Assembly: GCA_051891335.1 (NCBI GenBank)
Contig: JBJFFD010000022.1
Coordinates: 3,527 to 67,526 of the forward strand
Reading direction: 5' to 3'
From: Candidatus Scatovivens sp.
GTDB lineage: Bacteria; Bacillota; Clostridia; TANB77; CAG-508
DNA length: 64,000 nucleotides
The translations under genes and the position numbers were made by a program. A model generated the notes under the pieces. It was not told the origin of the DNA. It saw only the letters and a list, made by a program, of their open reading frames with translations, and did no database searches. This document shows, piece after piece, positions 9,048 to 19,570 of the stretch (positions are counted from its first letter, which is position 1; each line of letters begins with the position of its first letter).

Positions 9048-10169
9048 TTAAGTAAAACTCCGTACAGATACTAAATTTGTAACTATTGCTGTTCCTCCAT
9101 AACTGAAAAATGGTAACGGCATTCCTGTTACTGGTATTGTTCCTGAAACAACAGCAATATTTATAACAGCTTGAATTCCTATTAAAGAAACTATTCCTAT
9201 TGCTATTAAGCATCCCAAAGTGTCCCTTGATCTCATAGCAATAACAATCCCTCTCCATATAAAAATTAAAAATAAAATTATTACAACAACACATCCAAAA
9301 AATCCTAATTCTTCAGCTAATACTGAAAAAATAAAATCATTTTGTGGTTCTGGCAAATATAAATATTTTTGTTTACTTTCTCCTAGTCCTACTCCAAATA
9401 ATCCACCTGATCCAATAGCATAAAGGCTTTGTATTATTTGCCATCCATCTCCTGTTGGATCTGAAAATGGATTAAGCCATGTTTGAATTCTATCACTTCT
9501 AAATGAACCACTTAATAGTATTCCTATGACTGCGCATGTTCCTCCTAATGCTATTATTATAAAATATTTCAAACTAACGCCAGCCACAAACATTTGTATA
9601 CATGTAATTAAAACAATTATTAAAGTAGCGCTAAAATGATTTTGAACTATAAAAATTGCTACAACTGGTGCTATTAAAAATAGCATTGGAACTATAAAAC
9701 CATTTATTTTATTTATCTTTTTATTTTCTTTTAATTCTGTAAGTACTATAGCAAAAAATATTATAAATGCAATCTTAGCCACTTCTGAAGGTTGAAAATT
9801 AAATCCTGCAATATTAATCCATCTAGTAGCTCCTCCTGCAGACATTCCCATTATACCAACCAAAAATAGTAATCCTACTATTACTATATATATCATCCAC
9901 TTAAATTTTTTATATATACTATAATCTATCCTTGATATAATTATTAGTCCTACTGTTCCAGCTACTGTTGCTAGTAATTGTTTTTTAAAATATTTATAGC
10001 TATCTCCGCTTTCAGATAACGATGCTGGAGAACTCGCAGAAAGAACCATTATTAAACCTAATGCTACTAGCATTATAGTCACTATTATAATTATAGTATC
10101 ACATGAACCTTTTGTGAAAAAATTTATTTTTTTTCCCTTTTGTGACATTTTAAAAATCATTCCTTTCAA
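9048..10169 (-). CDS. ftsW: SEDS-family lipid II flippase/peptidoglycan polymerase (FtsW/SpoVE)
   Basis: About 10 predicted TM helices. Conserved SEDS C-terminus (PLPFFSYGGTAIVTNL). Position between mraY and murG. Confidence 0.85.
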   Translation of the reverse strand: MKGMIFKMSQKGKKINFFTKGSCDTIIIIVTIMLVALGLIMVLSASSPASLSESGDSYKYFKKQLLATVAGTVGLIIISRIDYSIYKKFKWMIYIVIVGLLFLVGIMGMSAGGATRWINIAGFNFQPSEVAKIAFIIFFAIVLTELKENKKINKINGFIVPMLFLIAPVVAIFIVQNHFSATLIIVLITCIQMFVAGVSLKYFIIIALGGTCAVIGILLSGSFRSDRIQTWLNPFSDPTGDGWQIIQSLYAIGSGGLFGVGLGESKQKYLYLPEPQNDFIFSVLAEELGFFGCVVVIILFLIFIWRGIVIAMRSRDTLGCLIAIGIVSLIGIQAVINIAVVSGTIPVTGMPLPFFSYGGTAIVTNLVSVRSFT

Positions 10170-10204
10170 TTAGCTAAAAAGAAGTTATTTGTATTAAATA
10201 AAAG

Positions 10205-11194
10205 TTATACTGCAAATACACTTACTATTGAAGAAATTATTGTAATTATAGAAAAACAGGCAACAACTTTTGTTTCTCTCCAACCAATAAGTTCTAAATG
10301 ATGGTGCAAAGGAGCCATTTTAAATAAACGTCTTTTAGTCATTCTAAAAAACGCAACTTGCAAAATAACAGAAACTGTTTCTAAAACAGGTATAATTGCC
10401 AATATTACTAGTATTATTGGCATATTCAAATATATTGCTATACAAGATAAGGCACCACCTAAAAATAATGAGCCTGTATCTCCCATTATTACTTTAGCTT
10501 TATACATATTATAAATATAAAATCCTAGACATGTTCCACAAATTATAGCTGAAAATATAGATACTCCGGCATTTAGATTTCTATATGCTATTATTGATAA
10601 AGCAGCCATCATTATCGCGGTTATCATTGTTGCCAATCCGTCTACTCCATCAGTTAAATTAATTGCATTTGTTGAACTTAACATTACCAAAACAATAAAT
10701 ACTATATATAACCATTTTGGTAATTGTAGTGTAATTTTTAAAAATGGAATGTATGTACTTGGGTTAAAATCCATTATTCGTATAATTACTATAGAAAATG
10801 TTACTGCTACTAACAATTGTCCTAACATTTTTAATCTAGGACTTAATCCATCAGTATTTTTTAAAATTAGTTTTTTATAATCATCTATAAATCCTACTAA
10901 TCCAAATCCTATTGATGTTATTGCTAAAATTAGTATAACTTTTCTTAAATTATCTTCAACAAAAAAACTTAATACTAATATCGGTATAATTATTGATAAT
11001 ATCATAATTATACCTCCCATAGTTGGTGTTCCCTGTTTTTTTAAATGTGTTCTAGGTCCATCTGTTCTTTCTACCTGACCTATTTTAAATTTTCTTAATA
11101 CTGGAATAATAATTTTTCCTAAAATTGCAGTTATTACAAAAGTAAAAATTAGGTATATTATCTGAAGTTTCATTTTTATATCATACCTTTCCAT
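10205..11194 (-). CDS. mraY: Phospho-N-acetylmuramoyl-pentapeptide transferase
   Basis: Polytopic membrane protein with MraY motifs (GFIDDY..., NAINLTDGVDGLA, HHHLEL). Confidence 0.95.
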   Translation of the reverse strand: MERYDIKMKLQIIYLIFTFVITAILGKIIIPVLRKFKIGQVERTDGPRTHLKKQGTPTMGGIIMILSIIIPILVLSFFVEDNLRKVILILAITSIGFGLVGFIDDYKKLILKNTDGLSPRLKMLGQLLVAVTFSIVIIRIMDFNPSTYIPFLKITLQLPKWLYIVFIVLVMLSSTNAINLTDGVDGLATMITAIMMAALSIIAYRNLNAGVSIFSAIICGTCLGFYIYNMYKAKVIMGDTGSLFLGGALSCIAIYLNMPIILVILAIIPVLETVSVILQVAFFRMTKRRLFKMAPLHHHLELIGWRETKVVACFSIITIISSIVSVFAV

Positions 11195-11209
11195 AAATAA
11201 TATTTAATA

Positions 11210-12682
11210 TTATTTATTTTCTCCTAAAAGTTCTTTAACAATTTGCCTTTCATCAAATGGTATTTTATTTCCATTTATTTCTTGATAAGGTTCATGCCCT
11301 TTACCTGCTAAAATTACTATATCTCTTTTAGTTGCCATTTTTAAAGCTTCCTTTATTGCATCTTTTCTGTCTTCAATTATTACATATTTTCCTTTTGTTT
11401 TTTTGATTCCTTCTTCTATTTCTTTAATTATATCCATTGGTTTTTCAGTTCTTGGATTATCTGTTGTTATTATAGCAAAATCTGCAATTCTCCCTACAAC
11501 TTCTCCCATTAAAGGTCTTTTTGTTCTATCTCTATCTCCTCCACATCCAAACACACAAATTACTTTTCCTTTTGTGTATGTTTTTACAGCTTCTAATATA
11601 CTTTCTAAGCTTTCTGCTGTGTGAGCATAATCAATCATTATTGCTAATTCTTTATTATTTGCAATCAACTCACTTCTTCCAGGAACTGTTATTTCTAATA
11701 AAGCTTCTTTTATTTGTTCAACTGTTGCGCCATATTTCAAGGTCACTGTTATTGCAGCTAAGCTATTATATACACTAAATCTTCCTGGAATATTTACTTT
11801 TATTCTCTCGTTTCTATCTTTTAATTTTACTTTATAATCCACACTTTTATTAGTTATAGTTATATCTTTTGCAAGCATATCTGAGAAATTATCTATTCCA
11901 TATGTTTTGAATTCACAATTTGGAGCACTTGCCATTATTTTTCCAGCTTTAAAATCATCAGCATTTATAACTCCCTGTCTACACATTTTAAATAATTTTG
12001 CTTTTTCATTGAAATACTCTTCAACACTTGCATGTTCTTTTTCACTAATATGATCTTTATAAAAGTTTGTGAAAACTCCTACCTCAAATTCACATCCATC
12101 AACTCTATTTAATTTCAAGCTTTGTGATGATACTTCCATAACAACAATATCTATTTTTTCTTTTACCATTTTAGCAAAAATTCTTTGTAGTTCTAAACTA
12201 TCTGGTGTTGTTCTTGTACTTGCACCTAAGCTTTTATCTCCAATATAATTTGCAATTGTTCCAATTAATCCTACTTTTAATCCAGCTTTTTCTAATATTG
12301 TTTTTATCATATATGTCGTAGTTGTTTTTCCCTTTGTTCCTGTTACTCCAATTAATCTTAATTTTTTAGATGGATTTGAATAAAAATTACTTGCAACCTT
12401 TGCCAAAGCTTTTCTAGTATCTTCTACTATTATTACAGTTACATTTTTTGAAATTTTAACTTTCTTCAAGTCCGCTGATAAATCTAGCATAACAGCCACA
12501 GCGCCATTTTCTATTGCTTCATTTATAAATTCGTGTCCATCAAACTCGAATCCTTTAATAGCTACAAATAGACTTCCAGGTGTTACATATTTAGAATTAT
12601 TTTCAATATTTGAAATTTCTATGTCTAGGTCTCCCTTAGCTTTATAATTTTCTACTCCTTTTAAAATTTTAATAAGTTCCAT
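11210..12682 (-). CDS. murE: UDP-N-acetylmuramoyl-L-alanyl-D-glutamate--2,6-diaminopimelate (or L-Lys) ligase
   Basis: Mur ligase P-loop GVTGTKGKTTTT. MurE-type DYAHT motif (MIDYAHTAESL). About 490 aa. Confidence 0.9.
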   Translation of the reverse strand: MELIKILKGVENYKAKGDLDIEISNIENNSKYVTPGSLFVAIKGFEFDGHEFINEAIENGAVAVMLDLSADLKKVKISKNVTVIIVEDTRKALAKVASNFYSNPSKKLRLIGVTGTKGKTTTTYMIKTILEKAGLKVGLIGTIANYIGDKSLGASTRTTPDSLELQRIFAKMVKEKIDIVVMEVSSQSLKLNRVDGCEFEVGVFTNFYKDHISEKEHASVEEYFNEKAKLFKMCRQGVINADDFKAGKIMASAPNCEFKTYGIDNFSDMLAKDITITNKSVDYKVKLKDRNERIKVNIPGRFSVYNSLAAITVTLKYGATVEQIKEALLEITVPGRSELIANNKELAIMIDYAHTAESLESILEAVKTYTKGKVICVFGCGGDRDRTKRPLMGEVVGRIADFAIITTDNPRTEKPMDIIKEIEEGIKKTKGKYVIIEDRKDAIKEALKMATKRDIVILAGKGHEPYQEINGNKIPFDERQIVKELLGENK

Positions 12683-12771
12683 TTTTCCTCCTTAAGACTA
12701 TATCATTCCAAATGGTATTATATAGTAAAATTTTTAATTTGTATAGTATTTTTCTTTATTAATATTTATTA

Positions 12772-12839
12772 ATTATTATATAATTTATTCTTTAATTTAA
12801 TATAAAAGTGTTAAATTAAAGAATAAATTATATAATAAT
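12772..12839. repeat. 29-bp perfect inverted repeat with a 10-nt loop (ATTATTATATAATTTATTCTTTAATTTAA / TTAAATTAAAGAATAAATTATATAATAAT)
   Basis: Read directly. Lies in the adh-murE intergenic region. Confidence 0.6.
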
Positions 12840-12993
12840 ACTTTTTCATTTTATATTCTAATTCCTATTATGTCAATTATACTAATAAAACAAAGGTGGC
12901 ATTTTTAAACACTTTTGAAATTAACGTATTGGTTGTATAATAGTTATTAGAAAATTATACAATGTAAGAAAACAAGGCAAAAGCCTTGTTTTC

Positions 12994-14145
12994 TTACATT
13001 GCTTCTTTATATAATTTTACAAAATCTTCTTTTGTTACTTCTCTTGGATTTCCTGGTTTACATGGATCTTCCATTGCTTTTTCAGCAAGCATTTCCAAGT
13101 CTTCTTCTTTTCCTCCAACATCTGAAACAGTTTGAGTTATTCCTACTTTAGCAGATAATTCTTTTATTTTTCCAACAAATGTATCTATTACTTCTTCTTT
13201 ACTAAAATTACTTGCATCAATATCTAATCCTTTTAAAATTTCTCTAAATCTTTCATAGCAAACTTCTCCATTAAATCTCATAACTGTTGGAAGCAATATC
13301 GAATTTGCAATTCCATGCGGCGTATCATATACAGCTCCTAGTTGGTGTGCCATAGAGTGTACTATTCCAAGACCAACATTTGAAAATCCCATTCCAGCAA
13401 TATATTGTGCCATTCCCATTTTTTCGATTGCGACTTCATCTTTTTCATTAACAGCTGCAGGTAAATATTTAAATATCATTTGAATTGCTTTCATATGAAA
13501 CATATCTGACATATCGTTTGCACCTTTTGTTATATATCCTTCTACTGCATGCGTCAAAGCATCCATTCCTGTCGCTGCGGCTAAAGCTTTTGGCATTGAA
13601 GCCATTAGTTCAGAATCTATAATTGCTAAAATTGGTATATCATTTGGATCTACACAGACCATTTTCACTTCTCTTTCTTCATCTGTTATTACATAATTTA
13701 TTGTAACTTCTGCTGCTGTTCCTGCTGTAGTTGGTAATGCTATAATTGGCATCCCTCTATTTTCAGTATTAGATAGTCCGTTTAATGATTTAATGTCGCA
13801 TCTTGAAGGATTAGTCATTACTATTGAAATTCCTTTTGCTGTGTCTATACTTGATCCTCCTCCTACTGCAACAATAACATCTGCTCCTGAATTTTTGCAA
13901 GCTTCGACTCCATCTGTAACATTTTTTATTGTAGGATTTGGTTTTATTTCTGAATATAATGAATATTCAATATTTGCTTTTTTTAGTTCTTCTTCAACTT
14001 TACCTGTTACACCAGCTCCTATTAGAGCTTTATCAGATACTAAAAATACCTTTTTAAATCCTCTTTTTTTAATTTCATCTGCAAGAACTTCTCTTGCCCC
14101 TTTTCCGAAATATGATGTTTCATTTAAAACTATTTTTTCAGACAT
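12994..14145 (-). CDS. Iron-containing alcohol dehydrogenase (FucO/DhaT-like)
   Basis: Fe-ADH signatures: GGGSSIDTAKG, conserved His cluster, 383 aa. Confidence 0.85.
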   Translation of the reverse strand: MSEKIVLNETSYFGKGAREVLADEIKKRGFKKVFLVSDKALIGAGVTGKVEEELKKANIEYSLYSEIKPNPTIKNVTDGVEACKNSGADVIVAVGGGSSIDTAKGISIVMTNPSRCDIKSLNGLSNTENRGMPIIALPTTAGTAAEVTINYVITDEEREVKMVCVDPNDIPILAIIDSELMASMPKALAAATGMDALTHAVEGYITKGANDMSDMFHMKAIQMIFKYLPAAVNEKDEVAIEKMGMAQYIAGMGFSNVGLGIVHSMAHQLGAVYDTPHGIANSILLPTVMRFNGEVCYERFREILKGLDIDASNFSKEEVIDTFVGKIKELSAKVGITQTVSDVGGKEEDLEMLAEKAMEDPCKPGNPREVTKEDFVKLYKEAM

Positions 14146-14326
14146 CTTATCAACTCCTTTATTTTTATTTTTTCTTTAAAAACGAAAAAAATACATATAA
14201 TTTTTCATACGTATTTTATATTTAATAATATATTTTTTCAATAGATTAATTATTAATTTGTTAACATTCTTTTTTATACTGTAATATTATATTAATGAAA
14301 TTATAGTATAAAGAGGTGTTTTAAAT

Positions 14327-14782
14327 ATGTTTCCTTATTTTTTTAATACAGCAAAAGCTCATATAAAAGGTGGCAAAGAATATCCAAACATAAATGGTAT
14401 TGTATATTTTAGAGAAACCAAAAATGGAGTTGAACTTACTGCTAATATTAAAGGATTACCAGAGTCTAAAGGTAATTGTAAAGGAAGATTTTTTGGATTT
14501 CATATACATGATGGAACTTCTTGTGACGGAAATGCTGAAGATGAATTTGCAAGTAGCGGTTCTCATTATAATCCTAAAAATTGCCAACATCCATTTCATG
14601 CAGGAGATTTACCTCCATTAATCGAAACCAACGGTTCTGCATATATGAATATTTTATTAACTAAATTTAAAGTTTCTGATATCTTAAACAAAGTAATTAT
14701 TATACATGAAATGCCAGATGATTTCACAACTCAACCTAGTGGAAATTCTGGAAAAAAAATCGCTTGCGGTAAAATAGTATAA
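14327..14782 (+). CDS. sodC: Cu/Zn superoxide dismutase family protein (apparently cytoplasmic, no signal peptide)
   Basis: Motifs GFHIHDGTSCDG, HYNP...HAGDLPPL. RBS AAGAGG upstream. Confidence 0.8.
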   Translation: MFPYFFNTAKAHIKGGKEYPNINGIVYFRETKNGVELTANIKGLPESKGNCKGRFFGFHIHDGTSCDGNAEDEFASSGSHYNPKNCQHPFHAGDLPPLIETNGSAYMNILLTKFKVSDILNKVIIIHEMPDDFTTQPSGNSGKKIACGKIV

Positions 14783-15098
14783 AAAAAGTGGACTTTTTTA
14801 TTAAAATGTACAAATACAGATTATAATTATAACTATCATAAGAATAAAACATTTTATAAAAAAACTTTAAAAGAATTTGAATATTTAAAAAATAGATAAT
14901 ATATTGCAGATTCAATTAATCCTGCAATAGCTCCACCAATAAAAGTGCCTATACCGAATGGTTTTGGTGAACTAATAAGAGAATTAATTACTCCAACAAC
15001 ATAATTTCATTTTTTTACAAATTTAATTTTTTCCAGTATTTTTTTTAATTTATATAGCATATTAAAATTATAATTTATTATTATATGAGGTAAAATGT

Positions 15099-15758
15099 AT
15101 GAATTATATTTATAATTTTCAAGATAATATTGAGTATTCCTCTTTTAATTCTAAGGCAAAAAATATATTAAATTGGATAGAAGAAAACAGAAATATTTTT
15201 GACTGGGCAAAAGATCCTAATGCATATGAAATGGTAAATTTATTTTTGTTTGGAGCAAAGTATTATCATGAAGGAAAGAATATTAATATTGATACTCTTA
15301 CAAAAATGTGGGATATTCGATCTCAAGACTTTAAGAATTGCAATATTTCTCCAAATAATTTTGTTTATAATATTTGCCAAGATAGTTATAAATCTGCTCT
15401 TATTGGAAAAGTACTGATAAATGATGAAAATTACCACCACGCTTTAAGAAAAATGGCTGGAATAGGTTTATATTTAAAGCAACACCAAAGAGATTTTGGG
15501 CAAGTTTCTTATAATAATCCAGAAGAGTTATTACAATTATTAAAATGTTCTAGTACATTAAAAACTTTTCATCCTGACTTATTTGATAAATATGCATTTA
15601 AAGAAAATATTGATGTTTTATGCAAATTACAACTAGAACATGAACTACCTAACGAAATTATCCAATTTATTAAAAACGCTAAAAGTCAAATATATTCTCA
15701 TACTACTAAATTTGAATCTTCAAAAGATACTAAACCTAGCAAAATAGAATTTACTTAA
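15099..15758 (+). CDS. Hypothetical protein
   Basis: 219-aa ORF with no recognised domain. Preceded by GAGGTAAAATGTATG. Confidence 0.45.
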   Translation: MNYIYNFQDNIEYSSFNSKAKNILNWIEENRNIFDWAKDPNAYEMVNLFLFGAKYYHEGKNINIDTLTKMWDIRSQDFKNCNISPNNFVYNICQDSYKSALIGKVLINDENYHHALRKMAGIGLYLKQHQRDFGQVSYNNPEELLQLLKCSSTLKTFHPDLFDKYAFKENIDVLCKLQLEHELPNEIIQFIKNAKSQIYSHTTKFESSKDTKPSKIEFT

Positions 15759-15799
15759 ATATTTAGGTAAAAGTAAATATATTTATAATATATTTACTT

Positions 15800-17770
15800 T
15801 TACTCTGCATATAAGATAACCTTTCCTCCTGAGTTTATTTTTACTCCTTCTTCTGGTATTTGCTTGTATATTTTTGATTCACTGTTTAAGTTTTCGCCAA
15901 TTATTTCTATTTCAAAGTATTGTAATTTTTCTTTTACTTCTTTTATTGGCAAATCTTTTACATTCTCCATAATTATTTCATTTTTTTCTTCCTCTTCTTT
16001 TTTTAAATCCAAATATGGCAAAACTTCTTTTAAAATTGCTCCAGCAACTGGTGCTGCGACACTTCCTCCTTGGTGTCCTCCCTCACCTGTTGGATTATAA
16101 AGTGTTATTAATATTGCAACTTCCGGATCATCTGTATTTGCAACTCCTATAAATGAAGTTACATATTTCCCCGTATTTACTCCATCTTCTGATGTTCCTG
16201 TTTTTCCACCCACTTGATATCCTGCCACTTTAGCGTTTTTTCCGAGTTCCCTCTGATGCAACTGAATTCATCATACTTAGTATTTTTTGTGAAGTATCTT
16301 CTGATATTGCTTGAGCTCCAAACTCTGGTTCTATTTGTGTTACTTCTCCGGTTTGACTATTTATGATTTCTTTTACTATTCTTGGTTTTACATATACTCC
16401 TTTATTTGCAATTGTTGATACCATTGTTATCATTTGAATTGGAGTTACTTCAAATCTTTGACCAAATGATATTGTAGCAAGTTCTACTGGACCAACCTTT
16501 TCTTTTTTTAGAAAAATACTATTTGCTTCTCCTGATAAATCTATTCCTGTTTTCTGTAATAATCCAAATTTTTTTAAATATTCATAATATTTAGAAACTC
16601 CTATTTGTTGACCTAATCCTATAAAAACAGGATTGCAAGAATTCATAAGCGCTTGTCTTAAGCTTTGTGAACCGATGTGGTCTATAATATCTCCAGCATT
16701 TTATTCTTACTCCTGCTATTTCTATTCCCCCTGTACAGCAAAAAGCTCCTTCTTTGTCAGGTTCGGCAATTTTTTCTTCTACTGCTGCTGAAGCAGTTAC
16801 CAATTTGAAAGTAGATCCTGGTTCATATGTATCTGATATAGCTTTATTTCTCCACATTGCTTGCAAAGCTGTATTTTTTTCTGTTATTTCCATAGAATCC
16901 CATAAGCTTTTAAGTTGTTCATCATTTATTGTATATGGAGAATTTAAATCATAAGATGGATATGTTGCCATTGCTAAAATATCTCCATTTTTAGGGTTCA
17001 TTATTATTACATTTCCTCCATCTGTACATATATTATCAATGCAAGCTTCTTCTAAAAATTTTTCTGCTATTGATTGTATTGTCATATCAATTGATAATAC
17101 TAAGTCATTTCCATCTATTGGGTCTATATAACTTTCTCCTTCTTCTCCTAAAATATTTCCCTTAGCATCTGTTTGCTTTTCTATTTTTCCGAATACTTCC
17201 CTTTAATATCTCATCATACTTGGCTTCTATTCCATCTAGTCCCTGATTATCACTACCGCAAAATCCAATTACTTGTGATGCTAATCTTCCATACGGATAA
17301 TATCTTTTTGTATCTTCATCAATATTTATTCCTTGTAGTATATTATTTTCTTGCATCCACATTCTTAATTCATCTGCTTTTTCTTTATCTATTTTTTTTA
17401 CTATATTCTCAATAGAAGTTTTTTTGTTTATGCTCTTATACACTTTTTCATACTCTAATCCAAATATACCACTTAAAGCTTTTGCAACTTTTTCTTTATC
17501 ATCTTGCGAAATATTAACAGGATTAACTGTTACAGTATATACCGTACTACTTACTGCTAAAATATTTTTCCCTGTCGCATCATATATAGTTCCTCTTTTT
17601 GAATTTACTTTTCTGCTAGAACTTATTTGTTCATTTGCTAATCTAGTAAGCTCATCACCTTGTACAAACTGAACTACTATAAGTTTTATTATTACTGCTA
17701 AAAAACCTATCAAAAAAAACAGAATTATCCATCTAGTTCTTTTCTTTAATTTTAATAAACCTTTATCCAT
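15800..17770 (-). pseudogene. SpoVD/FtsI-type class B penicillin-binding protein broken into four ORFs by three single-base frameshifts (possible sequencing artefact)
   Basis: Collinear fragments: N-terminal TM plus dimerisation domain (17162-17770); transpeptidase STFK motif (16591-17085); SCNPVFIGLG segment (16230-16646); KTGT motif plus PASTA-like tail (15800-16261). Frame changes near 17190, 16680 and 16255; the last is an extra A in an A6 run. Confidence 0.7.
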
Positions 17771-17835
17771 AAAAAAACTCCTTAAATAGATTATTATATT
17801 CTATTTAAGGAATTTTATTTTATTCAAACTTATTT

Positions 17836-18318
17836 TTAAAATAAATCTGTTATCTTATTTTTTAGTTTTGTAAACCAATCTGAATTATCTTCTAAAATAA
17901 CCGCTTCTGCAGTAGCTTCAACATAATCTTGTTTTTCTAAATTTAAGTAGATTGTTTGTGAACTTGTTAATTTTTGCATTCCTAATAATTCTTTTGCTGA
18001 AGTTTCAATATTATTTAAATTTATACTATTTTGTATATTAACTTCTAATTGCTCGTTTTCTTTTTGAATAGCAGTAGCTTGTTTTTTTAATCCTTGTAAT
18101 TGGTTAAATGACTCATTAATCATTGAATTTCGGTAAATTATAATAAATAACATAATGAATATAAGTGCCATTGCAAATATTAGATTTGGTTTTTTATTTA
18201 TTTTAGTTTTAGCTTTTGCTTTATTACCTTTAACTAATTTTGGCTTTTGGTTTTTCTTTTTCTTTCTTACTACTGTTTTTTCTTTTCTGGGACTTGTATC
18301 ATATTGATATTCTATCAT
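17836..18318 (-). CDS. ftsL: Cell division protein FtsL-like (septum formation initiator family)
   Basis: Basic N-terminus, single TM helix (LIFAMALIFIMLFIIIY) and coiled coil. Lies between rsmH and the PBP. Confidence 0.6.
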   Translation of the reverse strand: MIEYQYDTSPRKEKTVVRKKKKNQKPKLVKGNKAKAKTKINKKPNLIFAMALIFIMLFIIIYRNSMINESFNQLQGLKKQATAIQKENEQLEVNIQNSINLNNIETSAKELLGMQKLTSSQTIYLNLEKQDYVEATAEAVILEDNSDWFTKLKNKITDLF

Positions 18319-18348
18319 TATAATTTACCTCCTTTCTCAAATGATTTT

Positions 18349-19287
18349 TTATTCTTTTTCAAATATTCTTAATTTTGCACTCTTACTTCTAGAATTTTCT
18401 TTTTGTTCTTTTTCTGTTGGAATTATTGGTTTCTTAGTAATAATTTTCCCTTCACTTTTACTTCCACATACACAGTATGGTAAATCTGGTGGGCAAATGC
18501 ATTTACCTTGAGCTTCTATAAAAGCATTTTTTACAGCTCTGTCTTCCAATGAATGAAAAGTAATAATACATAGTCTTCCTCCAGGATTTAATAGACTTAT
18601 ACATTTATTTACTGTTTCATATAATGGCTTTATTTCATTATTTACTTCAATTCTTATTGCTTGAAATGTTCTTTTAGCTGGATGCCCTTCTTTATTATGA
18701 GATTTTGGAATAGATTTTTCTATAATATTTACTAATTCTAATGTAGTTTCTATTTCTTTTTCTTTTCTATATAAGCAAATATTCTTAGCTATGTTTCTTG
18801 AAAATCTTTCTTCTCCATATTCAAAAATAATTTTTGCAAGTTCTTCTTCTTTATAATTATTAACAACATATTTTGCATCAAGTTTTTGTGATTTATCCAT
18901 TCTCATATCTAATACAGCTTCACCTATATAGCTAAATCCTCTATTTCTTTCATCTAATTGATATGAAGAAACTCCTAAATCCAATAATATCCCATCAACT
19001 TTATTTATTTTTAATTCCCTTAATATATCTTCAATATTATCGTGATTATCTTGTATATATATAACATTATTAAAATTTTTTAATCTTTCTTTTGAAACAT
19101 TAATAGCTGTTATATCCCTATCAATCCCTATTAACTTACCTTTTTGAGATAGTTTACTAACTATATATTTACTATGTCCTGCACCACCTATTGTTCCATC
19201 AACATAAATTCCATCTGGGTTAATATTTAATCCTTCAATGCATTCATTCACCATAACAGGACTGTGATTAAAATTTACTTTTTCCAT
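18349..19287 (-). CDS. rsmH: 16S rRNA (cytosine1402-N4)-methyltransferase
   Basis: N-terminal SAM-binding region (...GIYVDGTIGGAGHS...) and conserved GDILLDLGVSS motif; 312 aa. Position after mraZ. Confidence 0.95.
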   Translation of the reverse strand: MEKVNFNHSPVMVNECIEGLNINPDGIYVDGTIGGAGHSKYIVSKLSQKGKLIGIDRDITAINVSKERLKNFNNVIYIQDNHDNIEDILRELKINKVDGILLDLGVSSYQLDERNRGFSYIGEAVLDMRMDKSQKLDAKYVVNNYKEEELAKIIFEYGEERFSRNIAKNICLYRKEKEIETTLELVNIIEKSIPKSHNKEGHPAKRTFQAIRIEVNNEIKPLYETVNKCISLLNPGGRLCIITFHSLEDRAVKNAFIEAQGKCICPPDLPYCVCGSKSEGKIITKKPIIPTEKEQKENSRSKSAKLRIFEKE

Positions 19288-19363
19288 AACTCATTTTTTC
19301 TTTTTATAATATGCTAAAAGGATGTATCTTTACATCCTTAAAGCTTTTCTCTTAATTTTTAAT

Positions 19364-19550
19364 CTTTTGTATACTAAAATCTTATTCTCATTTGTTTTTT
19401 AAAATCTTTAGTATTTATATAATTTTTACTTTAAGTAAATTATATAGTCTTTTCTTTTGTAAATTACAAATCATTTGTAATTTAAGTTTTCTTAGTTTTT
19501 TTATCTTTTGTATCTTTAAATTTTTTCTTTTGTATTTTTTATCTTTTGTA
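19364..19550 (-). repeat. Five exact copies (plus one variant) of TCTTTTGTA (TACAAAAGA on the coding strand), and the palindrome TTTGTAAATTACAAA, within the 283-bp mraZ-rsmH spacer
   Basis: Exact copies at 19364, 19454, 19505, 19526 and 19542. Variant TCATTTGTA at 19471. Confidence 0.55.
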
Positions 19551-19570
19551 TTTATATAAACTTATAAAAG

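Noticed and set aside
9004-9294. 96-aa Cys/Asn-rich ORF overlapping the ftsW 3' end, and similar antisense ORFs (e.g. 1028-1284, 33215-33433, 35762-35992, 54573-55166, 55806-56138)
   Set aside because: They lie antisense to or overlap well-supported genes. They have low-complexity F/L/S/I-rich translations typical of AT-rich spurious frames.
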